From the NCBI GenBank assembly GCA_036381995.1, contig DASVIS010000195.1:1-54057 (forward strand): a stretch of DNA of 54,057 nt, read 5' to 3'. Both the position numbers and the translations under genes were made by a program. The DNA comes from Vicinamibacterales bacterium. GTDB taxonomy: Bacteria > Acidobacteriota > Vicinamibacteria > Vicinamibacterales > Fen-181. Shown one piece after another: positions 1 through 8,389 of the stretch. The notes under the pieces are model-generated. The model saw nothing but the letters and a program-made list of their open reading frames with translations, had not been told where the DNA came from and made no database searches. Position 1 is the stretch's first letter, and every line of letters starts with the position of its first letter.

Positions 1-210
1 GAGAACGCCCGCAAGGCGGAGGAAGCGCGCCTGGCAGAGGAGGCCCGAAAGGCTGAGGAAGCCCGTCGAGCCCAGGAAGCCAAGAGAGCCGAGGACGCCA
101 GGTTGGCGGCCGAGGCTGCGGCAGCCGCCAAGCGTGCGGAAGAGGCGCGGCTCGCCGACGAGGCCCGCAAGGCGGAAGAAGCGCGGAAGGCGGCCGAGAT
201 CGAAGCCGCT
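1..210 (+). repeat. imperfect 18-nt (hexapeptide R-[KL]-A-E-E-A) tandem repeat inside the CDS
   Basis: Reading the DNA in 18-nt steps gives gcccgcaaggcggaggaa / gcgcgcctggcagaggag / gcccgaaaggctgaggaa / gcccgtcgagcccaggaa and so on. This is a coding low-complexity repeat, not spacer-interrupted. Confidence 0.7.
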
Positions 211-708
211 CGCGTGGCCGCGGGGAAGGCCGACAGAGCCAACTTCTTCATCGAAGGCGATTTCGGGAAGGAGCGCCGCGTTCGTGACGTCGTCACAGCC
301 ACAACGCCGCCCCTCACCTTCGGCTACGGCTTCTGCGCGCCGCTGTTCGGCGCCAAGGCCGGTGTGGATCTTCGCTTGGCTCCGGGATGGCGCCTGGCGC
401 CGGCGATTGGCGTTGCGTTGAACACGCGCGATTCCGGTCAGTCGAGTCTATTCGCCGAAGCCGAACTCAACCGCTGGTTCGGGCGCAAGGGCTTCATCGG
501 CACCGGTATCGGCGTGTGGGACTTCACGCACGGCGATACGGTTGCGCCGGTGTGGTTGCTGCAGGGCGGCCGCCAGATATGGAGGGCCAGCGGCCCGAAG
601 GCGAACGAACTGCACTTCGTGGTGACGGGCCGGATGTTCCTGAACAAGATGGACGACATCGCGAACAACTACCAGTTCTGGGCCGGTCTGCGCTACATCA
701 TGCGGTAA
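1..708 (+). CDS. hypothetical protein, 5'-truncated by the window edge. N-terminal Ala/Glu/Lys/Arg repeat region plus a C-terminal beta-rich domain
   Basis: Frame 1 is open from nt 1 (ENARKAEEARLAEEARKAEEARR...) and continues into the listed 103..708 ORF, whose 'start' is only a TTG. TAA stop at 706-708 is followed by a strong terminator hairpin. No family recognised. Confidence 0.6.
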   Translation, partial: ENARKAEEARLAEEARKAEEARRAQEAKRAEDARLAAEAAAAAKRAEEARLADEARKAEEARKAAEIEAARVAAGKADRANFFIEGDFGKERRVRDVVTATTPPLTFGYGFCAPLFGAKAGVDLRLAPGWRLAPAIGVALNTRDSGQSSLFAEAELNRWFGRKGFIGTGIGVWDFTHGDTVAPVWLLQGGRQIWRASGPKANELHFVVTGRMFLNKMDDIANNYQFWAGLRYIMR

Positions 709-738
709 GTTGCGCGACGCCGGTTTCGACAGGCCACG

Positions 739-775
739 ACGGGCGCGGGAGGCAACTTCCGCGCCCGTTTTCGTT
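739..775 (+). terminator. rho-independent terminator
   Basis: ACGGGCGCGG (739-748) pairs perfectly with CCGCGCCCGT (759-768). The inner bases extend the stem (G-U, A-T, G-C) around a GCAA loop. TTTCGTT follows. Confidence 0.75.
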
Positions 776-926
776 GTGCGCCAGTGACGGCCATGGCTGC
801 ACGCCCTCCCGCTGCGCGCTACAGCGAGGCCACGCCGTAGCCCTCCCGCCCCAGAATGCGTGGGCCGAGGCGCGAATTCGCGCGGCACGGACATCTGCTG
901 CCCTGGTCCTCGCCCGGACCGTCACC

Positions 927-2678
927 TCAATTGAGTGTGCGTCTTGCAGGCCGTCGAAGCGCCATCACGAGGCCCATCACGAGCAGGACCGTTGCGAGGA
1001 GACAGGCCCATCCCATGAGCGTGGACTGTGGAGCGCCCGTGGCGGCGGAGACGGCCGCTGGCGCGACGCCGCCGGCCGGGATCATCCAGCGGAACGCGTT
1101 GGCCTGCAGATACGTCATGACGCAGACGATCGCCACCAGCAGCAGCGAGTGGCGGAGCGTGAACCGGAACAGCCCCGACTCGTTGCCCACCAGGCCCGTC
1201 GCCGCGCACGCGACCGCGATCGACTGCGGCGAGATCATCTTGGCGGTCACGCCGCCGGAGGAGTTGGCCGCAACGGCCAGTACCGGACTCATGCCGATGG
1301 CGTCGGCCGACACCGACTGCAACCGGCCGAACACCGCGTTCGCTGACGTGTCCGACCCAGTCATGAAGACGCCCAGCCAGCCGAGCACCGGGGAGAACAG
1401 CGGGAACAGCTGCCCAGTGCCGGCCAGTGCCATCCCCATCGTAGTCGTCATGCCGGACGAGTTGCCGATGTAGGCGAACCCGAGCACCGCCGCGATGGTG
1501 ACCAGCGGCGCGCCAAGCGACTTCAGCGTCTGGCTGAACAGGCGGGCGCCGTCCGCTGGACGCATCCGCGTGATGAGCATCGAGATCAGCGCGGCGATCA
1601 GGATGACCGTTCCGGTCGCCGACAGCCAGTTGAACGTGAAGACGGATGGCACGGTCTTGCCGGTGACCGGATGGACCACGGCGTTGTGGATCAGCGGAAA
1701 TGGGATCGCCACCGTCAGCTGCTCGAGCAGGGCCTTCACCGATCCGATGCCCCAGTTGCCCACGAGAATTGTCAGCACGACGAACGGGCTCCATGCCTTC
1801 ACGACGGCGCGGGCGCCCGGGGCGGCAACCGGGGAGGCCTTCCCCTCTCCTTCGAATCGGAAGATGCGGCGCGGTCTCCAGACCCTGAGAAAGAGAACCA
1901 GGCACACGATCGAGCAGAGTGACGAGATGATGTCCGGGAGCAGCGGGCCGAGGTAGTTGGACGTCCACCACTGCGCGACCGCGAACGATCCGCCGGACAC
2001 GAGCGCGGCGGGCCAGACTTCCCTGATGCCGCGCCGCCCCGACATGGTGAACACCAGCCAGAACGGAATGATGATCGACAGGAGCGGCAATTGCCGTCCC
2101 ACCATCTGCGAGATCAACCGATTATCGATTCCCGTCACCTGACCGGCGACCACGATCGGTGTGCCGATGGCGCCGAACGCGACCGGGGCGGTGTTGGCGA
2201 TCAGGCAGAGCCCCGCCGCGTAGAGCGGCTCGAAGCCGAGGCCCACGAGCATGGCCGCCGAAATCGCCACCGGCGTGCCGAAGCCGGCCGCCCCCTCGAG
2301 GAACGCCCCGAAACTGAACGCGATGAGCAGCGCCTGCAACCGGCGATCCTCGGTGATCGACGCGATTGAATTCTTGATCGTCTCGAACTGCCCGGTTTCC
2401 ACCGTAATGCGATACAGGAAGACCGCCGCGATCACGATCCAGCCGATCGGGAACAGGCCGTACAGCGCGCCCTGGAGCGTGGATGCCAGCGCCAGCGCGA
2501 TTGGCATGCGGTACACAACGATGGCGACCAGCAGCGCCACCGCTGTCGTGCACGAGCCGGCGATGTGGCCCTTCAGCTTGCGGACGGCCAGCGCCCAGAA
2601 GAGAAACGCGATTGGGAGCGCGGCGACGAGAGCCGACAGGAAGATCTGGCCAAGGGGATTGAACGCCTGGGTCCACAT
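927..2678 (-). CDS. lctP: L-lactate permease (LctP/LldP family)
   Basis: C-terminal 583 aa of the 927..4673 ORF, starting MWTQAFNPLGQIFLSALVAALP (ATG at 2678-2676). Polytopic, with LctP-like segments (FLEGAAGFGTPVAISAAMLVGLGF, LGWLGVFMTGSDTSANAVFG). The longer upstream extension overlaps the neighbouring gene in another frame. Confidence 0.9.
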   Translation of the reverse strand: MWTQAFNPLGQIFLSALVAALPIAFLFWALAVRKLKGHIAGSCTTAVALLVAIVVYRMPIALALASTLQGALYGLFPIGWIVIAAVFLYRITVETGQFETIKNSIASITEDRRLQALLIAFSFGAFLEGAAGFGTPVAISAAMLVGLGFEPLYAAGLCLIANTAPVAFGAIGTPIVVAGQVTGIDNRLISQMVGRQLPLLSIIIPFWLVFTMSGRRGIREVWPAALVSGGSFAVAQWWTSNYLGPLLPDIISSLCSIVCLVLFLRVWRPRRIFRFEGEGKASPVAAPGARAVVKAWSPFVVLTILVGNWGIGSVKALLEQLTVAIPFPLIHNAVVHPVTGKTVPSVFTFNWLSATGTVILIAALISMLITRMRPADGARLFSQTLKSLGAPLVTIAAVLGFAYIGNSSGMTTTMGMALAGTGQLFPLFSPVLGWLGVFMTGSDTSANAVFGRLQSVSADAIGMSPVLAVAANSSGGVTAKMISPQSIAVACAATGLVGNESGLFRFTLRHSLLLVAIVCVMTYLQANAFRWMIPAGGVAPAAVSAATGAPQSTLMGWACLLATVLLVMGLVMALRRPARRTLN

Positions 2679-2887
2679 GGGCGAGTCGTCTTTCGAGCCG
2701 AGGGAAGCGGCGCGCGGATGGATCCGGCGCGCCGCAAAGCGTATCGGAAATGACCGCCGGCCGCAATGATCTCGGACGCGATCATCTCGCAAGCGGTGGA
2801 CTGCGCACGTGCGGATTGCAGCAGGCGGGCGTGCTGTCGGGCGCCAGTCGGCGATGGGGATCCGGAACGGCGCCAGGCAGGCAGCCC

Positions 2888-5800
2888 TCAGGGCATGGGG
2901 TGCGGCGGGCTCACCTCGCTGTACTGGTCGTCGGGTATGGCCGCGCTGCCGAGTTGCCTGCGCAGGCGCCGCTCGTAGGCCGCCAGCCACTTCTCGATTC
3001 GCTCGGCCTGGCGTCCCTTGTCGAGCAGCGACTCGCGCGCTCGCTTCAGCGAGTAGTCGATCGTCTCGAGCCTCAGCTTGATCGCGCCAACCGGCTTGTT
3101 CTCGTCGATGTCCTTGAAGCCGAAATACGGCGTCCCCGACCGCTCGATGACCTCTTCGATCGTCGCGAATATCGGCGCGTCGTGGCCGCACTTGAAGTTC
3201 GACAGCTCCACCGCCACCAGGTTCGGATGCCGCGCCGCGAACTTCGCCGCCCACATCTTCAGGTTGCTGCTCGCGGCGAGCGAGTTCTTCCACACGTCGG
3301 AGATATCGAGCGGGTGCTTGATGAGGCCGGCCCGCACCTCCTCGCCGAACAGGCGATCCAGCAGGTCTTCGTCGAGCGGCAGCGTGCTCTGTGAGAAGAC
3401 GGCATACCCCAGTTTCTGCAGCTCCTCGGGGATCCCGTGATTCAGTCCCGGGTCGTGGTGATAGGGGCGTCCGAGCAGGAGGATGCCGAGCCGATTCTCG
3501 CGCTCCAGCGCGTCGAGCGCGACCCGGGCGGCCGAGTGAATCGTCTTCTCGTAGTCGGCGAGCACCTCGTGCCCCGCCTGGACCGCGCGCTCGTTCTCCT
3601 CCCACGACACGCCCAGCACCGGCGACCACATGTCGAACATCTGGCGGCGGAAGAGCGGCTCGTCCTCCATGTCGAGGAGGCCGTCCAGGTACTTCACGCC
3701 CTGCTCGGCGAACAGGTCGCCCTCCTTGGTGAACGCCGCGCGCACGGTCTGCGGTGTCAGCGAGACCGTCGGGCAGGCGTTGCTCGCGCGCGTGCCCACG
3801 AACCGCGACGGCAGCACCTCGATCATCGGGAAGAAGATGCAGTCGAGCGGCGCCCGCTTGTGCTTGACGAGCAGCAGGTTGTGGACATGGGCCAGCGCCA
3901 CCTTCGAGGGGAAGCACGGGTCGATCGCGCCGCGGGTCGCGCCCGTCCGGTACATCTCGATGCTCGTGTAGTCCGAGAACACGATGTTCTTCGGGTCCAC
4001 GCCGACGCTCTCGAGGTAGCCCGTGAAGAACGGCGCGAGCGCGTACATGTTGAACACGCGCGGGATGCCGATCCGCACCTGGCCGCGCTTCTCGAACAGC
4101 GCGCGGCGCGTCCGTGCGGCCGACGTCCAGCCTTTCGGCGGCTCCGGGTCGGCCACGCTGGCCGGGTGGCGGAGCTTCCAGATTTCGCGGGAGGCCAGCG
4201 CCACGAGGTTGGGTGTCCGCTTCTTCACCGCGTCCTCGGCCGCCTTGATGTCCCGCATGTGCGCCACGTCCTCCGCCGCGCCCTTCTCGCACCCGGCGAC
4301 GATGAAGCGGCGGTGGCTTGCCCCTTCGAGGTCGGCGGCCACCGGTGCGCTCGCCCCGGCCCCGACCGACACGTCGATGAACGTGCGCACGCACTCGTTC
4401 TTGCAGAAGTGGCACCGCGTGTCGTCGTCGCACTTCGTCTCGAAGGTGATTCGCTGGGCCTTGTCGAGGCCGATGAAGGTCGTCCGGCGCCCGTGCTGCC
4501 ACAGGCGAATCGCCTCGAGGCCGGCGCCGATGGCGCCCGCCTCGCCGCAATGTTCGTGGAGCACGATGTCCGGCTGGCGTTCCTGTCCCTTGAAATTGTC
4601 GCGGATGAAGTCGACCTGCGCCTTGACCGCCGCGAGGTTGCGCTGCGTGCCGCCCTGCAGCACGAATCGCCATCCGAAGCGCGACAGGTTCGGCGCCTTG
4701 GCGACGTAGAGGAAGACGTTCCTCGGCAGGACGGCGGCCAGGCCCGCGAGAATCTCATCGGGCTTCCAGCCGTGGCGCTGCACGTTCGCGATCTCCGACT
4801 GCAGGAACAGGACGCAGCCCTGGCCGAAGACCGGCATCTCGCGCGCCGAGAATGCGGCCTCCGCGAACTCCTCGACGGGGTACCCGAAGCTGCGCGCGAT
4901 GGCCTGGAGGAAGTACCCGTTGCCGGCCGAGCACGCGGTGTTCAGCCGGAAGTCCTTCACCCGGCCGCCGTGCATCACGATGATCTTGATGTCCTGTCCG
5001 CCCACGTCGACGATGACGTGCGGGTCCTTGTAGATGTGCAGCGCCGAGTTGGCGTGCGCCACCGTTTCGACCAGGGCCGCGTCGCCCGCGAAGACGTCCT
5101 TCAGGATGTCCTTCGCGTAGCCGGTGGTGACGAGCCCCAACACCTCGACGCGCGCGCCCTGCGACTCGATCTGCTGGCGCAGCGCCCCGAAGATCTCGAT
5201 GGTGTCTTCGATCGGGTTGCCCTTGGACAGCTGGTAGGCCTTGGCGAGGACGCGGCCGGCCTCGTCGAGCAGGACCGCCTTGGTGGACGTCGAGCCCGCG
5301 TCGAGGCCGATGAACCCGCGCGCGAGGGTACCCGGTGCGAGCGCGGGCGGCGTCCACGCCGGCCGCTCGTACTGCGCCCGGAATTCGGCCAGGTCCATGC
5401 CCGACGCGCCGACGGCCGCCGCGCCCCGGCGCGTGCCCTCGTAACCGCGGGCGATGGCCTCCGCCAGGCGGCTCGGCCCCAGATACTCCGTAGTGGCTTC
5501 GCGCTCGCGGCGCGCGAACTCCACGCATCCGAGCGCCCCGAAGTACTCGGCGAGCGGAGGCACCACGATCAGGTCCTCGGGGCGGGCGCCCTCGGGCAGC
5601 GCCACGCCGCGCTCCGCCCAGCGCTCGGGGATGTGCGCCTGCCACGCCTCGCGCAAGCCGCGGATGAACGCGTGCGGTCCCCCGACGAGGAGCACGCGGG
5701 GCGGCAGCGCACTGCCGCGCGACAGCACGATGAGGTTCTGCAGGACGATGGCATCGAACAGCGAGGCCAGCAGTTCCTCGGCGGGAACGCCGCGCTTCTG

Positions 5801-6361
5801 AAGGCTGTTGATGTCCGTTTCGGCGAACACGCCGCACTTGCCGGCAATCGGGTACACCTTGAGGCCGACGTACGGCAGCTGCGCCAGGGCGTCGCCCGGG
5901 ATTTTCAGCTTCGCCGAGATCTTGTCGATGACCGCCCCGGTGCCGCCGGCGCACTTGTCGTTCATCGACACCGTCTTGCGCGAATGCCCGTCGCTCTCTT
6001 CCTCGAAGACGACGATCTTCGCATCCTGGCCACCCAGCTCGATGATCGTGCGGACGTCCGGGTGACGGCGTTCGACCGCCAGCGCGACCGCAGCCACTTC
6101 CTGGACGTAGTGCGCGCCGATCAACTCCGCGTACGCGGTTCCCGCCGCACCGGTGATGAACGCCCGCGCCTGGCCGCGGTCGACGCCGGCTTCCTGTTCG
6201 AGCCGGGTCAGCATCTCGAGCAGCTTTTCGGCGGGACGGCTCTCGTGCCGCTGGTAATCCCGCCAGACGATCTCGTCAGTACGAACGTCCACCGCAACGG
6301 CCTTGACGGTGGTGGACCCGGCGTCGAGACCGAGCAGGAATCTGGGTTGTGAATCGATCAT
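2888..6361 (-). CDS. acyl-CoA dehydratase activase-related protein: two tandem BcrA/BadF/HgdC-type ASKHA ATPase modules, a Cys cluster and a C-terminal uncharacterised (DUF2229/COG3580-like) domain
   Basis: Two copies of the ATPase phosphate-1 motif (LGLDAGSTTVKAVAVD and IGLDAGSTSTKAVLLD). GGQDAKIVV and GGQDIKIIV motifs. Cys cluster KCDDDTRCHFCKNEC. C-terminal IGIPRVFNMYALAPFFTGYLES...DPCFPSKVALAHV. The start overlaps the stop of the upstream gene (ATGA at 6358-6361). Confidence 0.85.
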   Translation of the reverse strand: MIDSQPRFLLGLDAGSTTVKAVAVDVRTDEIVWRDYQRHESRPAEKLLEMLTRLEQEAGVDRGQARAFITGAAGTAYAELIGAHYVQEVAAVALAVERRHPDVRTIIELGGQDAKIVVFEEESDGHSRKTVSMNDKCAGGTGAVIDKISAKLKIPGDALAQLPYVGLKVYPIAGKCGVFAETDINSLQKRGVPAEELLASLFDAIVLQNLIVLSRGSALPPRVLLVGGPHAFIRGLREAWQAHIPERWAERGVALPEGARPEDLIVVPPLAEYFGALGCVEFARREREATTEYLGPSRLAEAIARGYEGTRRGAAAVGASGMDLAEFRAQYERPAWTPPALAPGTLARGFIGLDAGSTSTKAVLLDEAGRVLAKAYQLSKGNPIEDTIEIFGALRQQIESQGARVEVLGLVTTGYAKDILKDVFAGDAALVETVAHANSALHIYKDPHVIVDVGGQDIKIIVMHGGRVKDFRLNTACSAGNGYFLQAIARSFGYPVEEFAEAAFSAREMPVFGQGCVLFLQSEIANVQRHGWKPDEILAGLAAVLPRNVFLYVAKAPNLSRFGWRFVLQGGTQRNLAAVKAQVDFIRDNFKGQERQPDIVLHEHCGEAGAIGAGLEAIRLWQHGRRTTFIGLDKAQRITFETKCDDDTRCHFCKNECVRTFIDVSVGAGASAPVAADLEGASHRRFIVAGCEKGAAEDVAHMRDIKAAEDAVKKRTPNLVALASREIWKLRHPASVADPEPPKGWTSAARTRRALFEKRGQVRIGIPRVFNMYALAPFFTGYLESVGVDPKNIVFSDYTSIEMYRTGATRGAIDPCFPSKVALAHVHNLLLVKHKRAPLDCIFFPMIEVLPSRFVGTRASNACPTVSLTPQTVRAAFTKEGDLFAEQGVKYLDGLLDMEDEPLFRRQMFDMWSPVLGVSWEENERAVQAGHEVLADYEKTIHSAARVALDALERENRLGILLLGRPYHHDPGLNHGIPEELQKLGYAVFSQSTLPLDEDLLDRLFGEEVRAGLIKHPLDISDVWKNSLAASSNLKMWAAKFAARHPNLVAVELSNFKCGHDAPIFATIEEVIERSGTPYFGFKDIDENKPVGAIKLRLETIDYSLKRARESLLDKGRQAERIEKWLAAYERRLRRQLGSAAIPDDQYSEVSPPHPMP

Positions 6362-8220
6362 GGCACCTGCTGGTTGGCTGACGTGCGCAAGCCTGTTCGG
6401 GGGAGCACGCGCCGGGATCGCCAGGCGCGGTCACTGTCAATCAACTGACTGACGTGGAGCACGAAGTTCGCGGCCACCCCGGCCACGCCAGGGCTGGTCG
6501 GCACATGATGGAACGGGCTCCGCAACTCCGCGTGTTCTTCGACGTACCGACGGATCTCGGCGAGCTTCTTCCCGGTCGACGCCAGCGCCCGATCGAACTC
6601 TTCCTCGGCCCGCTCGCGCGCTTCGACCAGCACCATCTGCACGCGGCTGTGCGCGTGAAGCTCGCCCTCGGCCGCTGTCTCGATCGGGAGGAACAGGACG
6701 TCCTTCACCTGGGCCGCCACAGTCGACTGCACGCCGTCGGACTGCGTCGAGGGCAGGCAGCCAAACGGCTTGAGGCTCAGGACCATATGGGCCCCGTGCT
6801 GCGTCGAGTAGTAGATGTTCTTCCCGACTTCGAGATGCCCTTCGCCGCCGCGCGACAGGCTGTGGTAGAAGGGGTGCGCGGCCTGGGCCAGCGCTTCCTG
6901 GTCGATCAGGTGGTGCGGCACGTCGTCGAGCGCCCGGCACAGCATGTGATAGCGGTGGCGGTAGATCGCGTTGCCCAGTGAGAACATCAGCCGCCGCGAC
7001 AGCGTCCGCAGCTCGTCCTTCTTCCAGGCCTTCAAGCGGACGGACAGCGGCCCGCGGCGGGGGACGTCCACTCCGCGGCGGTCGAGCAGGCTCGCGCGCT
7101 CCTGCCGTAGCAGGTACATCAGCCAGGTGCTCAGCGGGTCGACGATGACCTGCGCCCCTTCGCGCTCGAGGAACTCGAACATCCGGAAGTTGCCGTCGCC
7201 CTCGGTGGACTGGGCCCAGAACTCGCCGGTGATCTTGACGACCGGCTTCACGCGCAGGCGGTCGATTTCGATGGCCGCGAGCCGGTCGCGGCACCGGCGC
7301 ATGACGTCGGTCATCAACGGACCGTAGAGGTGCTGCCGCATGTTCATCAGCACCTCGGTGGTCTGGCGGGGCACCTTCTTCGCCGACAGCCGCTTCCACA
7401 GCCAGACGGGCAGGCGCGTTCCTGGATTCAGGTGCTGCCGGCCGCGGAAGTCGTCAGCCAGCACCGTGATCGCTTCCTCCAACTGACGATTCGTTGCGCC
7501 CGGGATGACCTCGTAGGGACGGATGGCGTACGAGAAGTCGTTCAGGATGTCGGCGACCTGAAAGGCGTTCAGCGCACCGAGCCCGAGCAGCAGTGACAGC
7601 TTCAGGCCTGCTTCCCCGGTCTTCGCCCGCACTCCGTCGTCCTGCTGGAAGGTCAGGATGCGGAATCCGTCGAAGCCCGCATTGCGGAGCGCGAGGCGGA
7701 ACTCGCCTTCGTACATGCCGAAGCGGCACGGTCCGCAGCCGCCGGCCGTGAAGAACACGTGGCGATTGACGATGTCCTGGCGCGACATTCCGCCGGCTTC
7801 GAGTTCCTGGAGGTACTTGACCAGGGCCCCGACGGTGAAATACGCGGGGTTGCAGAGACCGTTGTTGCCGTATTGCTTCCCGACCATGCACGCGCTGAGA
7901 TCCGGCTGCGGAAGGGGCTGGCAGCGATGGCCGCACGCCTGGAGGATGGCCTGGATCAGCCGCTCGTGACGGGCGGTCAGTCCGCCGATCAGGATCGTGA
8001 CCCGGTCGCGTTCTTCGGCGGTGAACGGACGCTCCTCCTCCCGCCGGTACTGGGTCGGTAGGGGAGTGGCAAGGTGCGCGCGGCGTTCGAGTCTCTCACG
8101 CGCGTCCGCCAAGCGTCGGGCGACTTCCGCTTCGGTGCCGGCGTCCCGGCGAGCGCCTGCTTCGCCCGGCGGTACCGGCGTTTCAAGGGAAGAGATATCG
8201 TCAATCCGACCGCCCGTCAT
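6358..8220 (-). CDS. activase-associated protein (COG3581-like partner of the fused activase), function unknown
   Basis: Motifs ILIGGLTARHE, GKQYGNNGLCNPAYFTVGAL and GGCGPCRFGMYEGE. I chose ATG 8220 (MTGGRIDD), preceded by GGAGGG, over the GTG at 8286 used in the ORF track. Confidence 0.75.
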   Translation of the reverse strand: MTGGRIDDISSLETPVPPGEAGARRDAGTEAEVARRLADARERLERRAHLATPLPTQYRREEERPFTAEERDRVTILIGGLTARHERLIQAILQACGHRCQPLPQPDLSACMVGKQYGNNGLCNPAYFTVGALVKYLQELEAGGMSRQDIVNRHVFFTAGGCGPCRFGMYEGEFRLALRNAGFDGFRILTFQQDDGVRAKTGEAGLKLSLLLGLGALNAFQVADILNDFSYAIRPYEVIPGATNRQLEEAITVLADDFRGRQHLNPGTRLPVWLWKRLSAKKVPRQTTEVLMNMRQHLYGPLMTDVMRRCRDRLAAIEIDRLRVKPVVKITGEFWAQSTEGDGNFRMFEFLEREGAQVIVDPLSTWLMYLLRQERASLLDRRGVDVPRRGPLSVRLKAWKKDELRTLSRRLMFSLGNAIYRHRYHMLCRALDDVPHHLIDQEALAQAAHPFYHSLSRGGEGHLEVGKNIYYSTQHGAHMVLSLKPFGCLPSTQSDGVQSTVAAQVKDVLFLPIETAAEGELHAHSRVQMVLVEARERAEEEFDRALASTGKKLAEIRRYVEEHAELRSPFHHVPTSPGVAGVAANFVLHVSQLIDSDRAWRSRRVLPRTGLRTSANQQVP

Positions 8221-8389
8221 CGTGCTGCCCTCCGACGTCAACCGTCGAGTTCGTGGAAACCTAGTTATTTTACTACTCAAGGGCACTGAGACGCATCTCC
8301 GACCCGCCCCGGACCGACGCCAGGCCGGCCACGAGTGCCCGTTTCCTCATTTATGCAAGAATAGTCCTTCCATTCTCGACTGGAGCACC

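Noticed and set aside
1-210. A periodic repeat that could superficially suggest a CRISPR or other non-coding array.
   Set aside because: The period is 18 nt with no unique spacers, and it is in frame within an open coding frame (R[KL]AEEA units). It is a protein-coding low-complexity repeat.
870-883. 14-bp perfect palindrome GCGCGAATTCGCGC downstream of lctP, considered as its terminator.
   Set aside because: As a hairpin it gives only a 5-bp stem around an AATT loop, with no T-tract. The evidence is too weak.
2679-4673. N-terminal 660-aa extension of the 1248-aa ORF that contains the lactate permease.
   Set aside because: The extension overlaps the activase gene in another frame, is low-complexity and Arg/Gly-rich, and the permease homology begins exactly at MWTQAFNPLG (ATG 2678).
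3437-6352. 971-aa plus-strand ORF. Similar giants are 13182..15776 (+), 15731..17482 (+), 8351..10039 (-), 18887..21037 (-), 21538..23421 (-), 30782..32047 (-), 38842..40086 (-), 45135..46193 (-) and 50851..52467 (+).
   Set aside because: Each lies antisense to a gene with strong family motifs. Their translations are Arg/Ala/Gly/Pro/Asp-rich with no recognisable motifs. Long stop-free mirror frames are expected at this GC content.
7997-8389. Upstream extension of the ettA ORF (690-aa version), and likewise 21241..21795 upstream of the pectate lyase.
   Set aside because: These extensions overlap neighbouring genes or intergenic DNA and lack homology. Homology-consistent starts with an RBS exist at 8390 and 21796.
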